A stretch of 64,000 nt of DNA from Planktothrix sp. GU0601_MAG3 (GTDB lineage Bacteria > Cyanobacteriota > Cyanobacteriia > Cyanobacteriales > Microcoleaceae). The position numbers and the translations under genes were made by a program. Below the pieces are notes generated by a model that was not told the DNA's origin, did not search any database, and saw only the letters and a list, made by a program, of their open reading frames with translations. The stretch covers positions 896,001 to 960,000 of the forward strand of contig CP136572.1 of NCBI GenBank assembly GCA_035193785.1, written 5' to 3'. Position 1 is the stretch's first letter. Every line of letters begins with the position of its first letter. This document shows positions 43,831 through 55,594 of the stretch, piece after piece.

Positions 43831-44554
43831 TCAAAATTCAGTGGTTAGGCATCGGATAATATCGATCACTGGAATATCAAACTGATGGATATTTAACAAT
43901 AAACTACTCAAAATTGCCCAAGTTATTCCCAGGAGCCAACCCCCTAAAATATCACTGGGAAAATGAACTCCTAAATACAGTCTTGTCCAAGCAATTACTA
44001 GGGCAAATAATCCCCCCCAACCTATCACAAGCCATCGCCATTTTGTCTTCCAAGTCAGAATAACTAAACTTATTACAAAAGTCATACTTAATAAAGCGTG
44101 ACCACTGGGGAAGGAAAAATCTCCAGGTAGGGGATAGGAGGATTCAAACAAACTAGGTCGCATCCGATGGAATAAAATTTTAGTGGATATACTGATAATG
44201 CCACCACCTAAAATAGTTAACACTAAATATAAGAGCGATCGCCATTTTTTGTGATATCCTAAAGTTAAAATAACTGGAATTACCAGTAAGGAAATTCTAG
44301 GAAATATACCAATAGAAGTTAAAAGGATAGCTAGGGGTTTCAAGTTGGGAGTACCGGGTGGAATAAATGCCAGATAAAATCGACAGATCCCAAGGTAAAC
44401 CACTGGGACTTTCCCACACTTTTAAAGCTAGAATAGCAAACAGGAGTAAGGGTAAATAAATGCCTAATATTAGAAACCGCCAATGCCGGATAAACAACTT
44501 TTGTACAGAATTACATTCCCAAAATGACGGTTTATTTGGAGTCAAATCAGACAT
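43831..44554 (-). CDS. PAP2 family membrane phosphatase (frameshift ~44337)
   Basis: KILFHRMRP, FSFPSGH, TRLYLGVHFPSD. Confidence 0.9.
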
Positions 44555-44585
44555 GATATTTCCTTAAAATTCATAGATTTATAGT

Positions 44586-44942
44586 TTAATGAGGTAACAG
44601 CGAAAGGTCAATTAAATTAGACTGAAATAATGCTACCATAACCAGAGTAAAAGCCGTTGATGAAAACACACCCATTGCTAAATCTTTCTTGATATTTCGT
44701 TCCGGGGCGGAAGATTCAACGACATTCATGGCTCCATATTGCATGAGTAAAATTCCCACTAAATTAGAGAGCCAATATCCGAAAATAGAACTTGGTAAAA
44801 ATAAGTCTTGAGACAATTTACTAAAAATAAATCCAAACCCATAAGCAATTGGTAAGTTAAAAATTAAATCATTCCACCAGCACAACGGAGACATCATAAA
44901 ACCGAGAAAAACTAAGATTCCGCCAATCATTTTTTTAGACAT
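44586..44942 (-). CDS. Hypothetical membrane protein
   Basis: SPLCWWNDL...NLPIAY, three hydrophobic segments, GAGG RBS. Confidence 0.7.
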   Translation of the reverse strand: MSKKMIGGILVFLGFMMSPLCWWNDLIFNLPIAYGFGFIFSKLSQDLFLPSSIFGYWLSNLVGILLMQYGAMNVVESSAPERNIKKDLAMGVFSSTAFTLVMVALFQSNLIDLSLLPH

Positions 44943-45172
44943 AAATACCTCTATTGTTTATAGGTTTAACTCAGTTGATCTCAATTTTGATCAATCAAAA
45001 GTAATCTGAAACAGCCCAAAAATTCGGCTTCTGGCCGTTGCCTGGGGGATAAAATTGATTTCTGCATAGATTGTACATGAATCTTGTGCGAATTTCAATA
45101 CATTTAAAATTAAATTATTTTCCAAACTCCTAAGTTGGCCCGATCAGGATGCCTCGCAGCGCACAAGACCAA

Positions 45173-45251
45173 AGACCGGGTTTCTGGCCCTGATTTTGCG
45201 GATGAAATCGGTGATTTCTCGTTCAGAAACCCGGTTTCTGCGTAAGTCCTA
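45173..45251. mobile_element. Remnant miniature element: (A)CCGGGTTTCT...AGAAACCCGGTTTCT pair ending in TGCGTAAGTCCT
   Basis: Right end matches the TIR of the element at 48284-48550. Confidence 0.55.
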
Positions 45252-45545
45252 TTTAATCTCCAGTTGGCCACTATACAGCTTTTCTTGGAGATCGGGACTG
45301 TCTAAAATGGCCCGATTTTCTCAAGCTCGTTTTTCTCGATTAATTATCGCTTCCTAAATCGCCCCATTTTTTTGAGCGGTGAGGATGAGGCGATCGCCTG
45401 CTAGACTTTTATAACTTAATTGCCCTGAATTTTTCCCATCTTGATCGACAATTTCGGTTTGATCTAATCCCGTTTCCAAACGACAGCCAGAAGTAAAAAT
45501 CAAGACAGTTGTTAACCCAATCATAATTTTAAGATTTGTGTTCAT
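45249..45545 (-). pseudogene. Degraded lipoprotein gene
   Basis: MNTNLKIMIGL...TSGC lipobox; frame continues through two in-frame stops up to the repeat end. Confidence 0.4.
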
Positions 45546-45654
45546 GATCTTCTCAACTGTTGAGATAGGGGATAAATTTTTGCAGAGATGCTGAGTTATA
45601 ACTGGGAACATTTAGGATAAAATGGGAAACGCAGTCAATCGGAGGATTTGTTAG

Positions 45655-46473
45655 ATGGGATATGCAATCGATGTTGATCAATTTAACTTTGAGCAAGAGA
45701 TTATCAAGGTTTCCTATGAAAAACCTGTATTGGTAGACTTTTACGCGACTTGGTGTGGCCCTTGCCAAATTTTAAAACCAATCTTAGAAAAGTTGGTGAA
45801 AGAATACGATTTTATTTTAGCAAAAATTGATATTGATCAAAATCCTGAATTAGCCAATCAATATCAAGTGGAAGGTGTACCGGATGTCAGAATTGTTGAA
45901 CAAGGGGAAGTGCGTCCGGGTTTTGTGGGTGCTTTAACGGAAATCAAAATTCGGCAAACCCTGGGTCAAATGAATTTAAAATCTGATTTTGAACGGAGTT
46001 TAGAAGCGTTAAAAAATGCAATTACTGAGCAACAATTTCCCCAGGCTAAAGAATTACTAGATCAGCTATTTTCTGTCTATCCAGATCGACCGGAGGTGGT
46101 GTTAGAAGCGGGTAATTTTTTAATTGTGTTAAACCAATTTGAAAATGCCGAAAAACTGTTAAATACAATTCCAGAAGATCAGCGAGAATTTTTCCAGAAA
46201 GCTCAGGCGTTGAAACAATTAATTCAATTTAAAAAAGATGCTACCCCCGATGGAGATAGCGAATTAGAACAGAATTATGCTAAAGCCTGTCAATTCACGT
46301 TAGCTCAGGATTACCCCGCAGCCCTATCTTTATTTTTAGGGATTGTGTCAACCCATCGCAAATTTAAAGAAGACGCTGCTAAAAAAGCGATGTTAACTAT
46401 TTTCAATTTACTGGGAGACGAACATCCTTTAACCCAGGAATATCGCAAAAAATTAATGCTAGAATTGTATTAG
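45655..46473 (+). CDS. Thioredoxin-TPR chaperedoxin (CnoX/YbbN-like)
   Basis: DFYATWCGPC followed by a TPR region, FNLLG...YRKKL. Confidence 0.88.
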   Translation: MGYAIDVDQFNFEQEIIKVSYEKPVLVDFYATWCGPCQILKPILEKLVKEYDFILAKIDIDQNPELANQYQVEGVPDVRIVEQGEVRPGFVGALTEIKIRQTLGQMNLKSDFERSLEALKNAITEQQFPQAKELLDQLFSVYPDRPEVVLEAGNFLIVLNQFENAEKLLNTIPEDQREFFQKAQALKQLIQFKKDATPDGDSELEQNYAKACQFTLAQDYPAALSLFLGIVSTHRKFKEDAAKKAMLTIFNLLGDEHPLTQEYRKKLMLELY

Positions 46474-46581
46474 GGAGAAGGGCATAGGGAATGGGGGAAA
46501 GGACTTTTTGTTATAATTTAAAATGGAATCGACAATTTAACGGCTTTTCCATTAATTATTTTCTATAAAAATTAATACATT

Positions 46582-47101
46582 ATGACCAATGCTTCACTGA
46601 TTTTAGGGGAATTAAATGATCGGGATATAGACTGGATGGTGACGGAAGGTAAGCGAGAAACCATTAAGGCTGGCGCTGTTTCTGATTGCAGAAAATCAAC
46701 CCCTAGATGCCTTATATATTGTGTTAAGTGGAACCCTAAATGTTTCTGTAGCTGCATTGGGGAATCAAATTGTGGGAAAAATTGGCGGGGGTGAGGTATT
46801 AGGAGAAATGTCTTTTATTGATGAACGTTTACCTTCTGCTACGGTACAAGCGGCGGAGGATTGTTGTGTATTATCTATTTCTCGACCTCTGTTGTCTCAA
46901 AAATTAGACGAAGATGTTTTATTTTCTTTGAGATTTTATCGTGCTATTACTAAGTTTTTATCCTCTCGTTTGCGATCAACAGTGAACAATCTTGGCTGTG
47001 ATGAAAATGCTAATCTATTGCCTGATAAACCACCTCAAAATGTTGTTCAAACTGAGCAAGATTATCGTTTGGATTGGATTATGCAGCGTTTAAGTGGATA
47101 A
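46582..47101 (+). CDS. Cyclic nucleotide-binding domain protein (frameshift ~46678)
   Basis: LYIVLSGTL, GEVLGEMSF...PSATV. Confidence 0.85.
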
Positions 47102-47177
47102 TAAACGGATAATATAAATAACTCGATATTTTATGTAAATTTCAATATTTATTATCTTAAAATAAGGATAAAAGCCA

Positions 47178-48069
47178 ATGATTTTAGGTAACAAAAAAGG
47201 TATAATTTTTTTATCGGTAGTCTTAAATTTAGTCGGTTTTAGTGTAGCAAATTTAGGGATAAATTCTGCCATTAATCCTGTTATCCTAGCGGCTCAACCT
47301 GAAAATCCGGTGGCTAAACAATTAGTGGGAAAATGGCAAGTTCCTACTAATCTTTACTCCGGTATTATTTTTACTGAGGATGGCAAAGTTTATATATTTG
47401 TAACACCCATCGAAGCTATACAATTACAATACACGATTGATCCAACTTTTAAACCTGGATTTGTGCTGTTTCGTGATGCTCAAGGAAAAATTGTCGGAAA
47501 CTGCAATTTTTGAATTACAAGAAGATGGACAACTTCAGTTATACTTAAATATTAGTGGGGATGAACAACCTGCGATTACAACGTTTAAATCACAACCTTT
47601 GCTGTTTAAAAAAACATCTGAAGATCCGAGAATTGCCACTTCAGTTACTATTAGAACGCCAACGGCAGCAGAATTGAAAGAACAAGCTGATCAAGATGCA
47701 CAATTAGAAGCAAAACAATATATTGAGATTATGAATCGAGGCAACCAAGCCAGTTATACTAAGTATAATCTTTTTAGAACTAATTTAGAAGAATTTATTA
47801 AAGGTATTCCCGAAGAAACTCGAAATTATCTCTACAATATTAGAGTTGTTGATGAAAAAAATATGGTTCAATCGGTTGCTATGGCTAAACGGGACGGATT
47901 AAAAAGCTATATTGGAGTGGTTTTTCTTGAACCTTCACCCATTAGTAATATCAACACAAAATCGATTATTTGTGAGAGTGATCAACCGACCCAAAAAGTT
48001 CCTTCTCAACCCGTATTATTCAGCAATCAAGCAGTTAATTGTCCGGCGGGATATGCGATAGCAAAGTAG
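47178..48069 (+). CDS. Secreted protein with C-terminal type IV pilin-like G/H domain (frameshift ~47497)
   Basis: EAKQYIEIMNRGNQA...ETRNYLY...LKSYIGVV...ICES...CPAG. Confidence 0.75.
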
Positions 48070-48145
48070 GAGTGATTTTCCCAACACTCCCATTAAAAAA
48101 TAAATAATATGAAATACTTAAATGTTTGCTACGCATCCTTATTGT

Positions 48146-48173
48146 GTAGAGACGCGCCATGGCACGTCTCTAC
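48146..48173. repeat. GTAGAGACG REP-like palindrome
   Basis: GTAGAGACGCGCCATGGCACGTCTCTAC; 25-bp upstream flank also resembles 163-187. Confidence 0.85.
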
Positions 48174-48283
48174 GTTAGGGAAATTATGTATAGCGCTACG
48201 CATTACAGTTAGGATAGTTCTAAATCTTGAAACTAAATTCACTGCTTACTGTTGCGCTGTAACAATCTTGGCGGTTACTCTAA

Positions 48284-48550
48284 CAGGACTTACGCAAAAC
48301 AACCATATCTAGTAGGGGCGAAACGGCTGTCATCGGTGTCAACTTAAGTCTAAAAGCCTTGAAATAAATTTCAGGCTCAAAGCTAAAACCCGTTAAAACG
48401 GGTTAATGAAGCATGATCTTAGTCATCTTTAGATGACTTCAGCTTTTAGCCCGAACTTTAGTTCAGGGCTAACGTGGGTTAAGTTGACACCAATGAACGG
48501 CCGTTCGCCCCTACAGATGGTGTATAATTGGGTATTCTGCGTAAGTCCTG
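48284..48550. mobile_element. MITE with 13-bp TIR CAGGACTTACGCA and 5-bp TSD TCTAA
   Basis: TIRs 48284-48296 and 48538-48550; TCTAA at 48279-48283 and 48551-48555. Confidence 0.85.
48331..48495. mobile_element. Inner MITE with 17-bp TIR CAT(C/T)GGTGTCAACTTAA and ~9-bp TSD, inserted in a REP palindrome
   Basis: TIRs 48331-48347 and 48479-48495 (16/17 match); flanks AACGGCTGT and AACGGCCGT. Confidence 0.85.
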
Positions 48551-48606
48551 TCTAATAGGCTAGAGGAAATTTAAAACAGCCTATCACTGAATTAATCCGC
48601 AGTATT

Positions 48607-49611
48607 TCAAGATGCCGTAATTTCATGTTTCAAAGGATTTCCCTGCTCAAAATCGGAAAGATTAGTAATGGTGGTACGCGCAATATCATCTAAAGCATTT
48701 TCAGTAAAAAAGCCTTGATGGGCGGTAATCACAACATTTGGAAAAGATTGCAGTAATTGAAAGGTATCATCTTGAATAATTGTAGTGGAAAGATCCTCAA
48801 AGAAAAGTTTGTCTTCTTCTTCATAAACATCAATACCCACATAACCAATTTTCTCCGATTTAATCCCTTCAATCACTGCTTTTGTATCCACCAATTTTCC
48901 CCGACTGGTATTAATTAACATTACCCCGGATTTCATTTGGGCAATGGTTTCATGATTAATCAGGTGGTGAGTTTCAGGAAATAGGGGACAGTGGAGAGAA
49001 ATAATATCTGCACGTTGCCAAAGTTCCTCTAAAGAAACATATTTAGCATTTTCTAGTTTCTCAAAATTGGGATTAGGATAAACGTCGTATCCCAAAAGAT
49101 TACAACCAAATCCCGCCATAATTTGGGCAAAAATCTGTCCAATTTTTCCCGTACCCACCACCCCAACGGTGCGATTATGGAGGTCAAAACCTAACAATCC
49201 ATCTAAGGCAAAATTATCATCCCGAACCCGATTATAAGCCCGGTATAATTTACGATTGAGCATCATAATTAATCCTACGGCGTGTTCCGCAACAGCATAG
49301 GGAGAATACTCCGTTACTCTTACCACTTTAATCCCTAATTTAGCCGCGGTTTTGAGATTCACATTATTAAATCCCGTACAACGAAGGGCGATTAACTTTG
49401 TACCTTGAGCCGATAAAATCCCCAGGGTTTCTGTTCCTAAATCATCATTTACAAACACACATACCGCCGGAAATCCAGCCGCTAGTGATGTAGTTTGGGG
49501 TTGCAAACGAGCATCAAAGAAAACAAATTCATGATGGGCTTGGGAGGCTTGATTTTCCATCTCAAGAAATTGACGATCATAAGACTTGGTACTAAAAACA
49601 GCAACTTTCAT
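48607..49611 (-). CDS. ldhA: D-lactate dehydrogenase (D-2-hydroxyacid dehydrogenase)
   Basis: MKVAVFSTKSYD, GTGKIG, NTSRG, DVYEEE, TAHQGFFT. Confidence 0.88.
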   Translation of the reverse strand: MKVAVFSTKSYDRQFLEMENQASQAHHEFVFFDARLQPQTTSLAAGFPAVCVFVNDDLGTETLGILSAQGTKLIALRCTGFNNVNLKTAAKLGIKVVRVTEYSPYAVAEHAVGLIMMLNRKLYRAYNRVRDDNFALDGLLGFDLHNRTVGVVGTGKIGQIFAQIMAGFGCNLLGYDVYPNPNFEKLENAKYVSLEELWQRADIISLHCPLFPETHHLINHETIAQMKSGVMLINTSRGKLVDTKAVIEGIKSEKIGYVGIDVYEEEDKLFFEDLSTTIIQDDTFQLLQSFPNVVITAHQGFFTENALDDIARTTITNLSDFEQGNPLKHEITAS

Positions 49612-49698
49612 CGGTAGGTCGTTAAACGTTACAATACCTTGATAGAATAGCAGAATAATTCAGATTAGCAGTAGAATTACTTCCTAACAACAGTTAAA

Positions 49699-51441
49699 TT
49701 AGAGATGCTTCCAAACCTTCACTTGTCCATCCCATCCTCCACTAACTAAGGTTTTACCATCGGGACTAATCCCAACAGCATTCACATAACCGGAATGACC
49801 TCTTAAATTTCCTTTTAATTGACCTGTGGCTAAATCCCAAAGTTTCACGGTTTTATCCCAACTTCCACTAATTAATGTTTTCCCATCGCTGGTAATTACG
49901 ATTGACCAAACGCCATCAGTATGACCACTTAACCGACGAATTGGTTGACCTGTTTTTAATTTCCATAACCCAATAGTTCCATCGGCGCTGCTACTAGCTA
50001 AAGTCTCCCCATCGGGACTAATTGCTAGGGATAAAACCGATAATTCATGACCTTTTAAGGTACGGATTAATTCTCCGGTTTCCACATTCCATAATTTGAT
50101 ACTACTGTCTTTACTTCCACTGGCTAAAATTTTACCATCGGGACTAAATGCGATCGCCCCAACTAACTGTTCATGTCCGATAAAAGTTTTCAAAAGTTGA
50201 CCTGTTTGCAGATTCCAAATTTTAATAGTTTTGTCCCAACTTCCACTGGCAATCATTTTACCATCGGGACTTAATTTAACTACTAAAACAGGATTATTAT
50301 GGGCTTGAATAGTTTGAACTAAAGGCAAAGTTTGAGATGTCAAACCAGTAGCCAAATCCCAAACTTTAATCACGCCATCTTCCCCGGCTGTAACTAAATA
50401 TTTATTATCTGAACTGAGGCTAATTCCATTAATTGCTCCTTGATGGGCACTCAATGTTCGAGTGAGTCCACTGGTGGTCATATTCCAAACGGAAAGATTG
50501 CCGTTACTATTGCCAACAATAGTATAAGGAAATGCTAAAGCGATCGATAATATTTCTCCTGATTTTTCCGTTAAAGTTGTGGCTAAAGTAAAGGAATTAG
50601 TAACCGCAGCCATTGTATTAGGGGGCTTTGAGGGAGAATCAGAAGCATTAATATCGGGATTATTGGTAATCGGAGCCGAAGGATTAGGTGAGGTAGGAAT
50701 TGAAGATAATGTTGCCGTTTTTCGCCAATTAAAAAAATAATTAATTGGGATGCCCGCAGAAACAATTTTATCAGAATTATTGCCTAATTGGACAATTCCA
50801 TTGACTCCAATCACCTTTCCTTCCCCATCTAAAATAGGGCCGCCACTCATCCCACTTCTGACTAAGTTAGTGTAAACTAAACTATATCCAAACCGAGGTG
50901 GTTGACGCTGGCTCAAGGTGCCACTGGTACTTAAAAATAGTCTCTGTCCGAGGGAACTTCCAGAACGGGGCCATCCAGCTACATATAAAGGATTTCCCGG
51001 TTGAATTTGACCAGCATCGGATGGAATTGCAACTCGATATCGTTGGGAACTACTAAAGGGAACTAGGGCTAAATCTAAGTTAGGAAGTTGTTGAATTAAA
51101 CTATAATAAACAAAGTGACGTTTACCATCGGGGGTGACAACTTCATAGTCTCCCACCCGATCAACGACGTGCCAATTAGTTAAAACATAATAGGTATTTC
51201 CTTGTTTTTCCACAATAAATCCCGAGCCACCTTTTGGCCCATCAATTCTAACGGTAATTTCTCCAGCAATGGTATTAATTTGTTCGGGAGATAGGGGAAC
51301 TTTTTGGGCAATTTGTAAGGGGAAAGAGGACAACTGTGGTAAAATTGGGACGGGAATAGTTAGGAAAGGAATAGTTAGAGCGATCGCCCCTAAATTTTTA
51401 GGAAAAATTTTCAATAATTGATAAATTAAATTTAGATTCAT
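49699..51441 (-). CDS. Trypsin-like serine protease with C-terminal WD40 repeats
   Basis: LTNWHVV, LDLAL, GMSGGP catalytic triad; about 7 GH...WD repeats. Confidence 0.92.
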   Translation of the reverse strand: MNLNLIYQLLKIFPKNLGAIALTIPFLTIPVPILPQLSSFPLQIAQKVPLSPEQINTIAGEITVRIDGPKGGSGFIVEKQGNTYYVLTNWHVVDRVGDYEVVTPDGKRHFVYYSLIQQLPNLDLALVPFSSSQRYRVAIPSDAGQIQPGNPLYVAGWPRSGSSLGQRLFLSTSGTLSQRQPPRFGYSLVYTNLVRSGMSGGPILDGEGKVIGVNGIVQLGNNSDKIVSAGIPINYFFNWRKTATLSSIPTSPNPSAPITNNPDINASDSPSKPPNTMAAVTNSFTLATTLTEKSGEILSIALAFPYTIVGNSNGNLSVWNMTTSGLTRTLSAHQGAINGISLSSDNKYLVTAGEDGVIKVWDLATGLTSQTLPLVQTIQAHNNPVLVVKLSPDGKMIASGSWDKTIKIWNLQTGQLLKTFIGHEQLVGAIAFSPDGKILASGSKDSSIKLWNVETGELIRTLKGHELSVLSLAISPDGETLASSSADGTIGLWKLKTGQPIRRLSGHTDGVWSIVITSDGKTLISGSWDKTVKLWDLATGQLKGNLRGHSGYVNAVGISPDGKTLVSGGWDGQVKVWKHL

Positions 51442-51473
51442 AGTTAAGTTAAATTAATGTTTTTTGCGGAAAT

Positions 51474-51520
51474 AGGTAATTCGTAATTCGTAATTCGTAA
51501 TTCGTAATTCATAATTACCC
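51474..51520 (+). repeat. TTCGTAA heptamer array
   Basis: Directly visible. Confidence 0.85.
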
Positions 51521-52690
51521 ATTTTCATCCACCTTAACTAAAGGTAAACGAATAATAAAAGTCGTGCCAATTCCCATTTGACTATCAACCCAAATCTTTC
51601 CTCCATGGGCATCCACGCAATGTTTAACAATCGCTAATCCTAAGCCTGTACCGGGGATAGAACCAACATTTTTGGCACGGTGGAAGGGTTCAAAGAGTTG
51701 GGGAAGGGAATCGGAAGGAATACCAATCCCCTGATCTTGAATACAAAAGCCAATCATTTGATCTTGCACGATCACATCAAATTGCACACTTTCAGATTCA
51801 GGAGAATATTTAATCGCATTTTCTAATAAATTAATCAGAATTCTTCTTAATAAATTTGAATCAATTATCACCTCTTTGAGAGTTAACTTAAAATTTAGAT
51901 TAATTTGAGATTTTCCTCCATACCCTAATTGTATTTCATCAACCAGTTGGCGACAAAATACCTCTAAATTAATCGGACTGGGTTGATATTGTAGTTGACC
52001 AGAATCCGCCTCCCCAATTAATAGAACTTCATCGAGTAATTGAGCCATATTTTTACTCGCTGATCGTATCCGTTGAAACAAAGTAACTTTTTTCTCCTGG
52101 GATAATTTTTGTTCATGCTCTTGGAGTAATACCGCCGAGGCTAAAATAGTATTCAAAGGATTTCTAATATCATGGGAAATCATCGAAACAAATTCCGAGC
52201 GGAGTTGATTTTGTTCCTTAGCTTTGAGCAATTCTTGCGTCCGTTCTTGCACTCTCATTTCCAAGGATTGATTCATGGCTTTTAAATTTTCTAAGTTATG
52301 TTTCCGTTCAATTGCATACTTGAGAGAACGGACTAAAATATTACCATCAACCTCTCTTTTAACTAAATAATCCTGGGCTCCCTGACGCACCGCCATAATT
52401 GCTAACTGATCATCATTTGTATTGGTTAAAACCACAATGGGTAAACTGGGAAACTTCTCAATTAACCGCTCTACAGATTCTAAACCTTGACTATCGGGTA
52501 GGGTTAAATCTAATAAAGCCACATCAAAAACATGATCATGTAATTGATTCAGAGCTTCCCCTAAACGTTTAACATGAACTAAACTGAAAGGTTGAAAATT
52601 AGAATCCTTGAGTAATTCTTGTAAAAATATAGCTTCAGCGAGGCTATCTTCAATTAACAAGATTTTCACTGAACTAGCAGACATCATCAT
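51515..52690 (-). CDS. Hybrid response regulator-histidine kinase
   Basis: REC domain ILLIED...LLDLTLPD; H-box SHDIRNPL; NAIKYS, DQGIGI, GTGLGL. Confidence 0.92.
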   Translation of the reverse strand: MMMSASSVKILLIEDSLAEAIFLQELLKDSNFQPFSLVHVKRLGEALNQLHDHVFDVALLDLTLPDSQGLESVERLIEKFPSLPIVVLTNTNDDQLAIMAVRQGAQDYLVKREVDGNILVRSLKYAIERKHNLENLKAMNQSLEMRVQERTQELLKAKEQNQLRSEFVSMISHDIRNPLNTILASAVLLQEHEQKLSQEKKVTLFQRIRSASKNMAQLLDEVLLIGEADSGQLQYQPSPINLEVFCRQLVDEIQLGYGGKSQINLNFKLTLKEVIIDSNLLRRILINLLENAIKYSPESESVQFDVIVQDQMIGFCIQDQGIGIPSDSLPQLFEPFHRAKNVGSIPGTGLGLAIVKHCVDAHGGKIWVDSQMGIGTTFIIRLPLVKVDENG

Positions 52691-52892
52691 TGAATTGCTT
52701 ATTTTCCTTTCCGATGAAGAAAAATCGGCAGAATAAAAAATCTGAGGACTCGGACTCAGGGAAGATTCAGGATAGGAGGATAAACCTTTTTCTTCCTCGG
52801 GAGATGAACACCGAGTCTCTGTTTTTTTTTCCGTGCTTTGATGACTGCAAACTTTCCTCATTATTTATTCTTATCCTTCTCTAAAATAGAGT

Positions 52893-53339
52893 TTAATCGC
52901 ACGGTAAGGTCACGGTTTTTAGCCAAAATTCTTCAATTCCTCGGACAATTGTAAACAGTTGGCTTAAATTTCGGGATTTCGTAATATAACAATTAACATG
53001 GAGGTCATAGCTATGATGAATATCCTCTTGATTATGGGAAGTTGTCAGTATAACAACAGGAATTCGTTTTAAGCTCGGATCACTTTTAATTTCCGCTAAT
53101 ACCTCCCGTCCATCCTTTCGAGGCAAGTTTAAATCCAGAAGGATTAAATCAGGGCGCGGGGCATTTTCATACTCTCCCTCTTGGCGCAGAAATGCCATAG
53201 CATCAACTCCATTGCTAACGGTCATCACTTCATGGGAGATGGGGCTATTTTTTAAGGCTTCTTGAATCAGACGGATATCGGCTTTGTTATCCTCAACCAG
53301 AAAGATCATTTTAGATTTTTCTTCCATTTCGGCGCTCAC
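52893..53339 (-). CDS. rcp1: Phytochrome-associated response regulator Rcp1/RcpA
   Basis: Single REC domain [27 protein letters not shown]; overlaps the phytochrome 3' end. Confidence 0.9.
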   Translation of the reverse strand: MSAEMEEKSKMIFLVEDNKADIRLIQEALKNSPISHEVMTVSNGVDAMAFLRQEGEYENAPRPDLILLDLNLPRKDGREVLAEIKSDPSLKRIPVVILTTSHNQEDIHHSYDLHVNCYITKSRNLSQLFTIVRGIEEFWLKTVTLPCD

Positions 53340-55594
53340 CTTCGCGTCCTCCTACGGGAATTGTAAAATAAAATGTAGACCCTTGACCTAATTTAGATTC
53401 TACCCATATTTTACCGCGATGGCATTCTATAATTTTCTTACAGATGGCTAATCCCATCCCAGTTTCCTGGGTATTCATCTCGGGTATGGAGACGTTGGAA
53501 AATAATAAAAATTCGTTCGGCAAATTGTAGGTCAATTCCGATGCCATTATCCTCAACGGAAAATAACCAAGCATCCTCAATTCGTTTAACTCCGATATGA
53601 ATTTCAGGTGATTTTTCACTTCTAAACTTAATCGCATTAGCAATTAAATTTTGGAATAACTGCATTAATTGAGTCCCATCTCCTAATACATTCGGCATCG
53701 GATCATAAGTAATATTAGCTTGATTTTCAGCAATCCGTTTTCTTAAATTAGCTAAAGCCCGATATAAAGCCGTTTGAACTTCGGTAAATTGAAATTCAAT
53801 TCCCTGCATATCGACTTTAGAATAAGCTAAAATATCATCAATTAGGGTTTGCATTAAACTTACCCCTTCCACGGCATAATTAATGAATTGTTTAGCATCA
53901 TCATCGAGGGCTTGATGATAACGCATTTCTAACAGTTGTACATAGTTGACGACTTGATTTAAGGGTTCTTGTAAATCATGGGAGGCGACATAGGCAAATT
54001 TTTTCAAATCCGAGTTAGACCGTTCTAAATCCTGGGCTAACTGAGCCAATTCATCGGCCTGCTTCAAGACAATATTAACTAGGGTTTTTCTCAGTTCTAA
54101 AGCCGCTTGAATTTCCACCTGTTTCCAAGCTAGGGATTGTAACTGCAAGGTTTCTTTCCACTGTTCAAAAGATTTTCGAGGGGACAGTAACACTTGACCT
54201 TCAGCTTGGCTAGTTTCAAAGGCTTGGTGAGGATTTCCCCCCCATTTAACGGTTTGGATGACTTCGGGGCGGAACCAAATCACATAATTTTTATGGGAAA
54301 TAGAAATAGCCAATAAGCCACTTCCCACAGCTTTAAACCCTCGGGCATCGGAATAGAGTTTGGGCAAAGAATCAGTATAAAAAACTTCTTTTTGACTCTG
54401 TTTTTGTAACCATTGAACTAAGAAAATTAAATCGGCTTCTGGGGGTGTTTCTCCTACTAGGGTAAATTGACCACCAAAGTAAATTGCAGCCCCTTGAGCA
54501 CCGGTTAAATCTAAAATATTGGGTTGATGTTGGGTGAGTCCATCAATAAAATTTTCCTCCTGGGACATGGCATCAATTAAAGCCGATTGAATTTGGTTTA
54601 ATTGAATCCGATAGTCATAATCTTCTGTGTCTTCCCGTTCTGAAAGTTCGGAAAAAATCACTCTTCCTAGAAATTCGCAAGCCTTGCGGAGTTCATAGGA
54701 AATATATTTAGGGGTGAGATGATGACAAGCAATTAATCCCCAAAGTTTTCCCGCTTTGATTAAGGAAATAGTTAGGGAAGCGCCCACCCCCATATTGTGT
54801 AAATATTGCAGGTGACAAGGGGAAGCACTTCTCAAAATTGAGCAGGTTAAATCCGTGGGTTGATGACTAATCGGATTAACTTCAGGAAAGAGTTGAACTG
54901 GTTCGGTAGCCGCATCAGGAATTAGGCGAATCCAGTTAGAACTAAACATCTTTCTGGCGGGTTTGGGAATATCTGATGCTGGATAATGTAGTCCCAAATA
55001 GGGTTCCATTTCCCCTCGTTTTTCTTCCGCAATTACTTCTCCATGTCCATCCTGATCGAATTTATATAACATTACCCGATCAAATCCCGTGATTTTTCGC
55101 ACTTCTTGAACAATAATTTGACAAAAATTGATCAAACTCGAGGAAGATTCTAGTTGATTAATTGAGATTTTAGCTAAATGATAAAAACTGAGGAATGGAA
55201 TATTTTCTTGAGAGGTAGCGGGTTCTAGTTCTAAGATTAAATAGCCAGAACTATTACGATGGAATATGCCATCAAAAATAACATAATCATCGCCTTTAAT
55301 TTTGATCCAAATTTTAGTTGGATTAATGAAATCGAGGTTATCTTGTTTTAATCCAATTTCAATCCGTTCCATTTGGAAAGAATCTAATAGGTCTTTTAAA
55401 TATTTATGTAGTATAATTTCGGTAGAAATTCCCAAAATTGACTCGATATTACTGCTAACTTGTAAAATTCTAAGACCGGGTTCTTCTAAAACCAATAAAA
55501 CGCCATGGGGTTGAATTTGGCTGAGAATATGGATAGGTTGCCCATCCAAGTCCTTTAAGCCAGAAGAATTATCCTCCGTCTTGACATTTCCCAT
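53311..55594 (-). CDS. cph1: Cyanobacterial phytochrome Cph1/CphA, PAS-GAF-PHY-histidine kinase (frameshift ~53462)
   Basis: IQPHG, PASDIP, SPCH chromophore Cys, PRKSF, H-box SHDLQEPL. Confidence 0.93.

Noticed and set aside
48109..48312. 67-aa ORF
   Set aside because: Made up of REP and MITE sequence, with no protein features
52690..52861. N-terminal extension of the hybrid kinase ORF
   Set aside because: Low-complexity sequence from an alternative start; the REC domain begins right after MMMSASS
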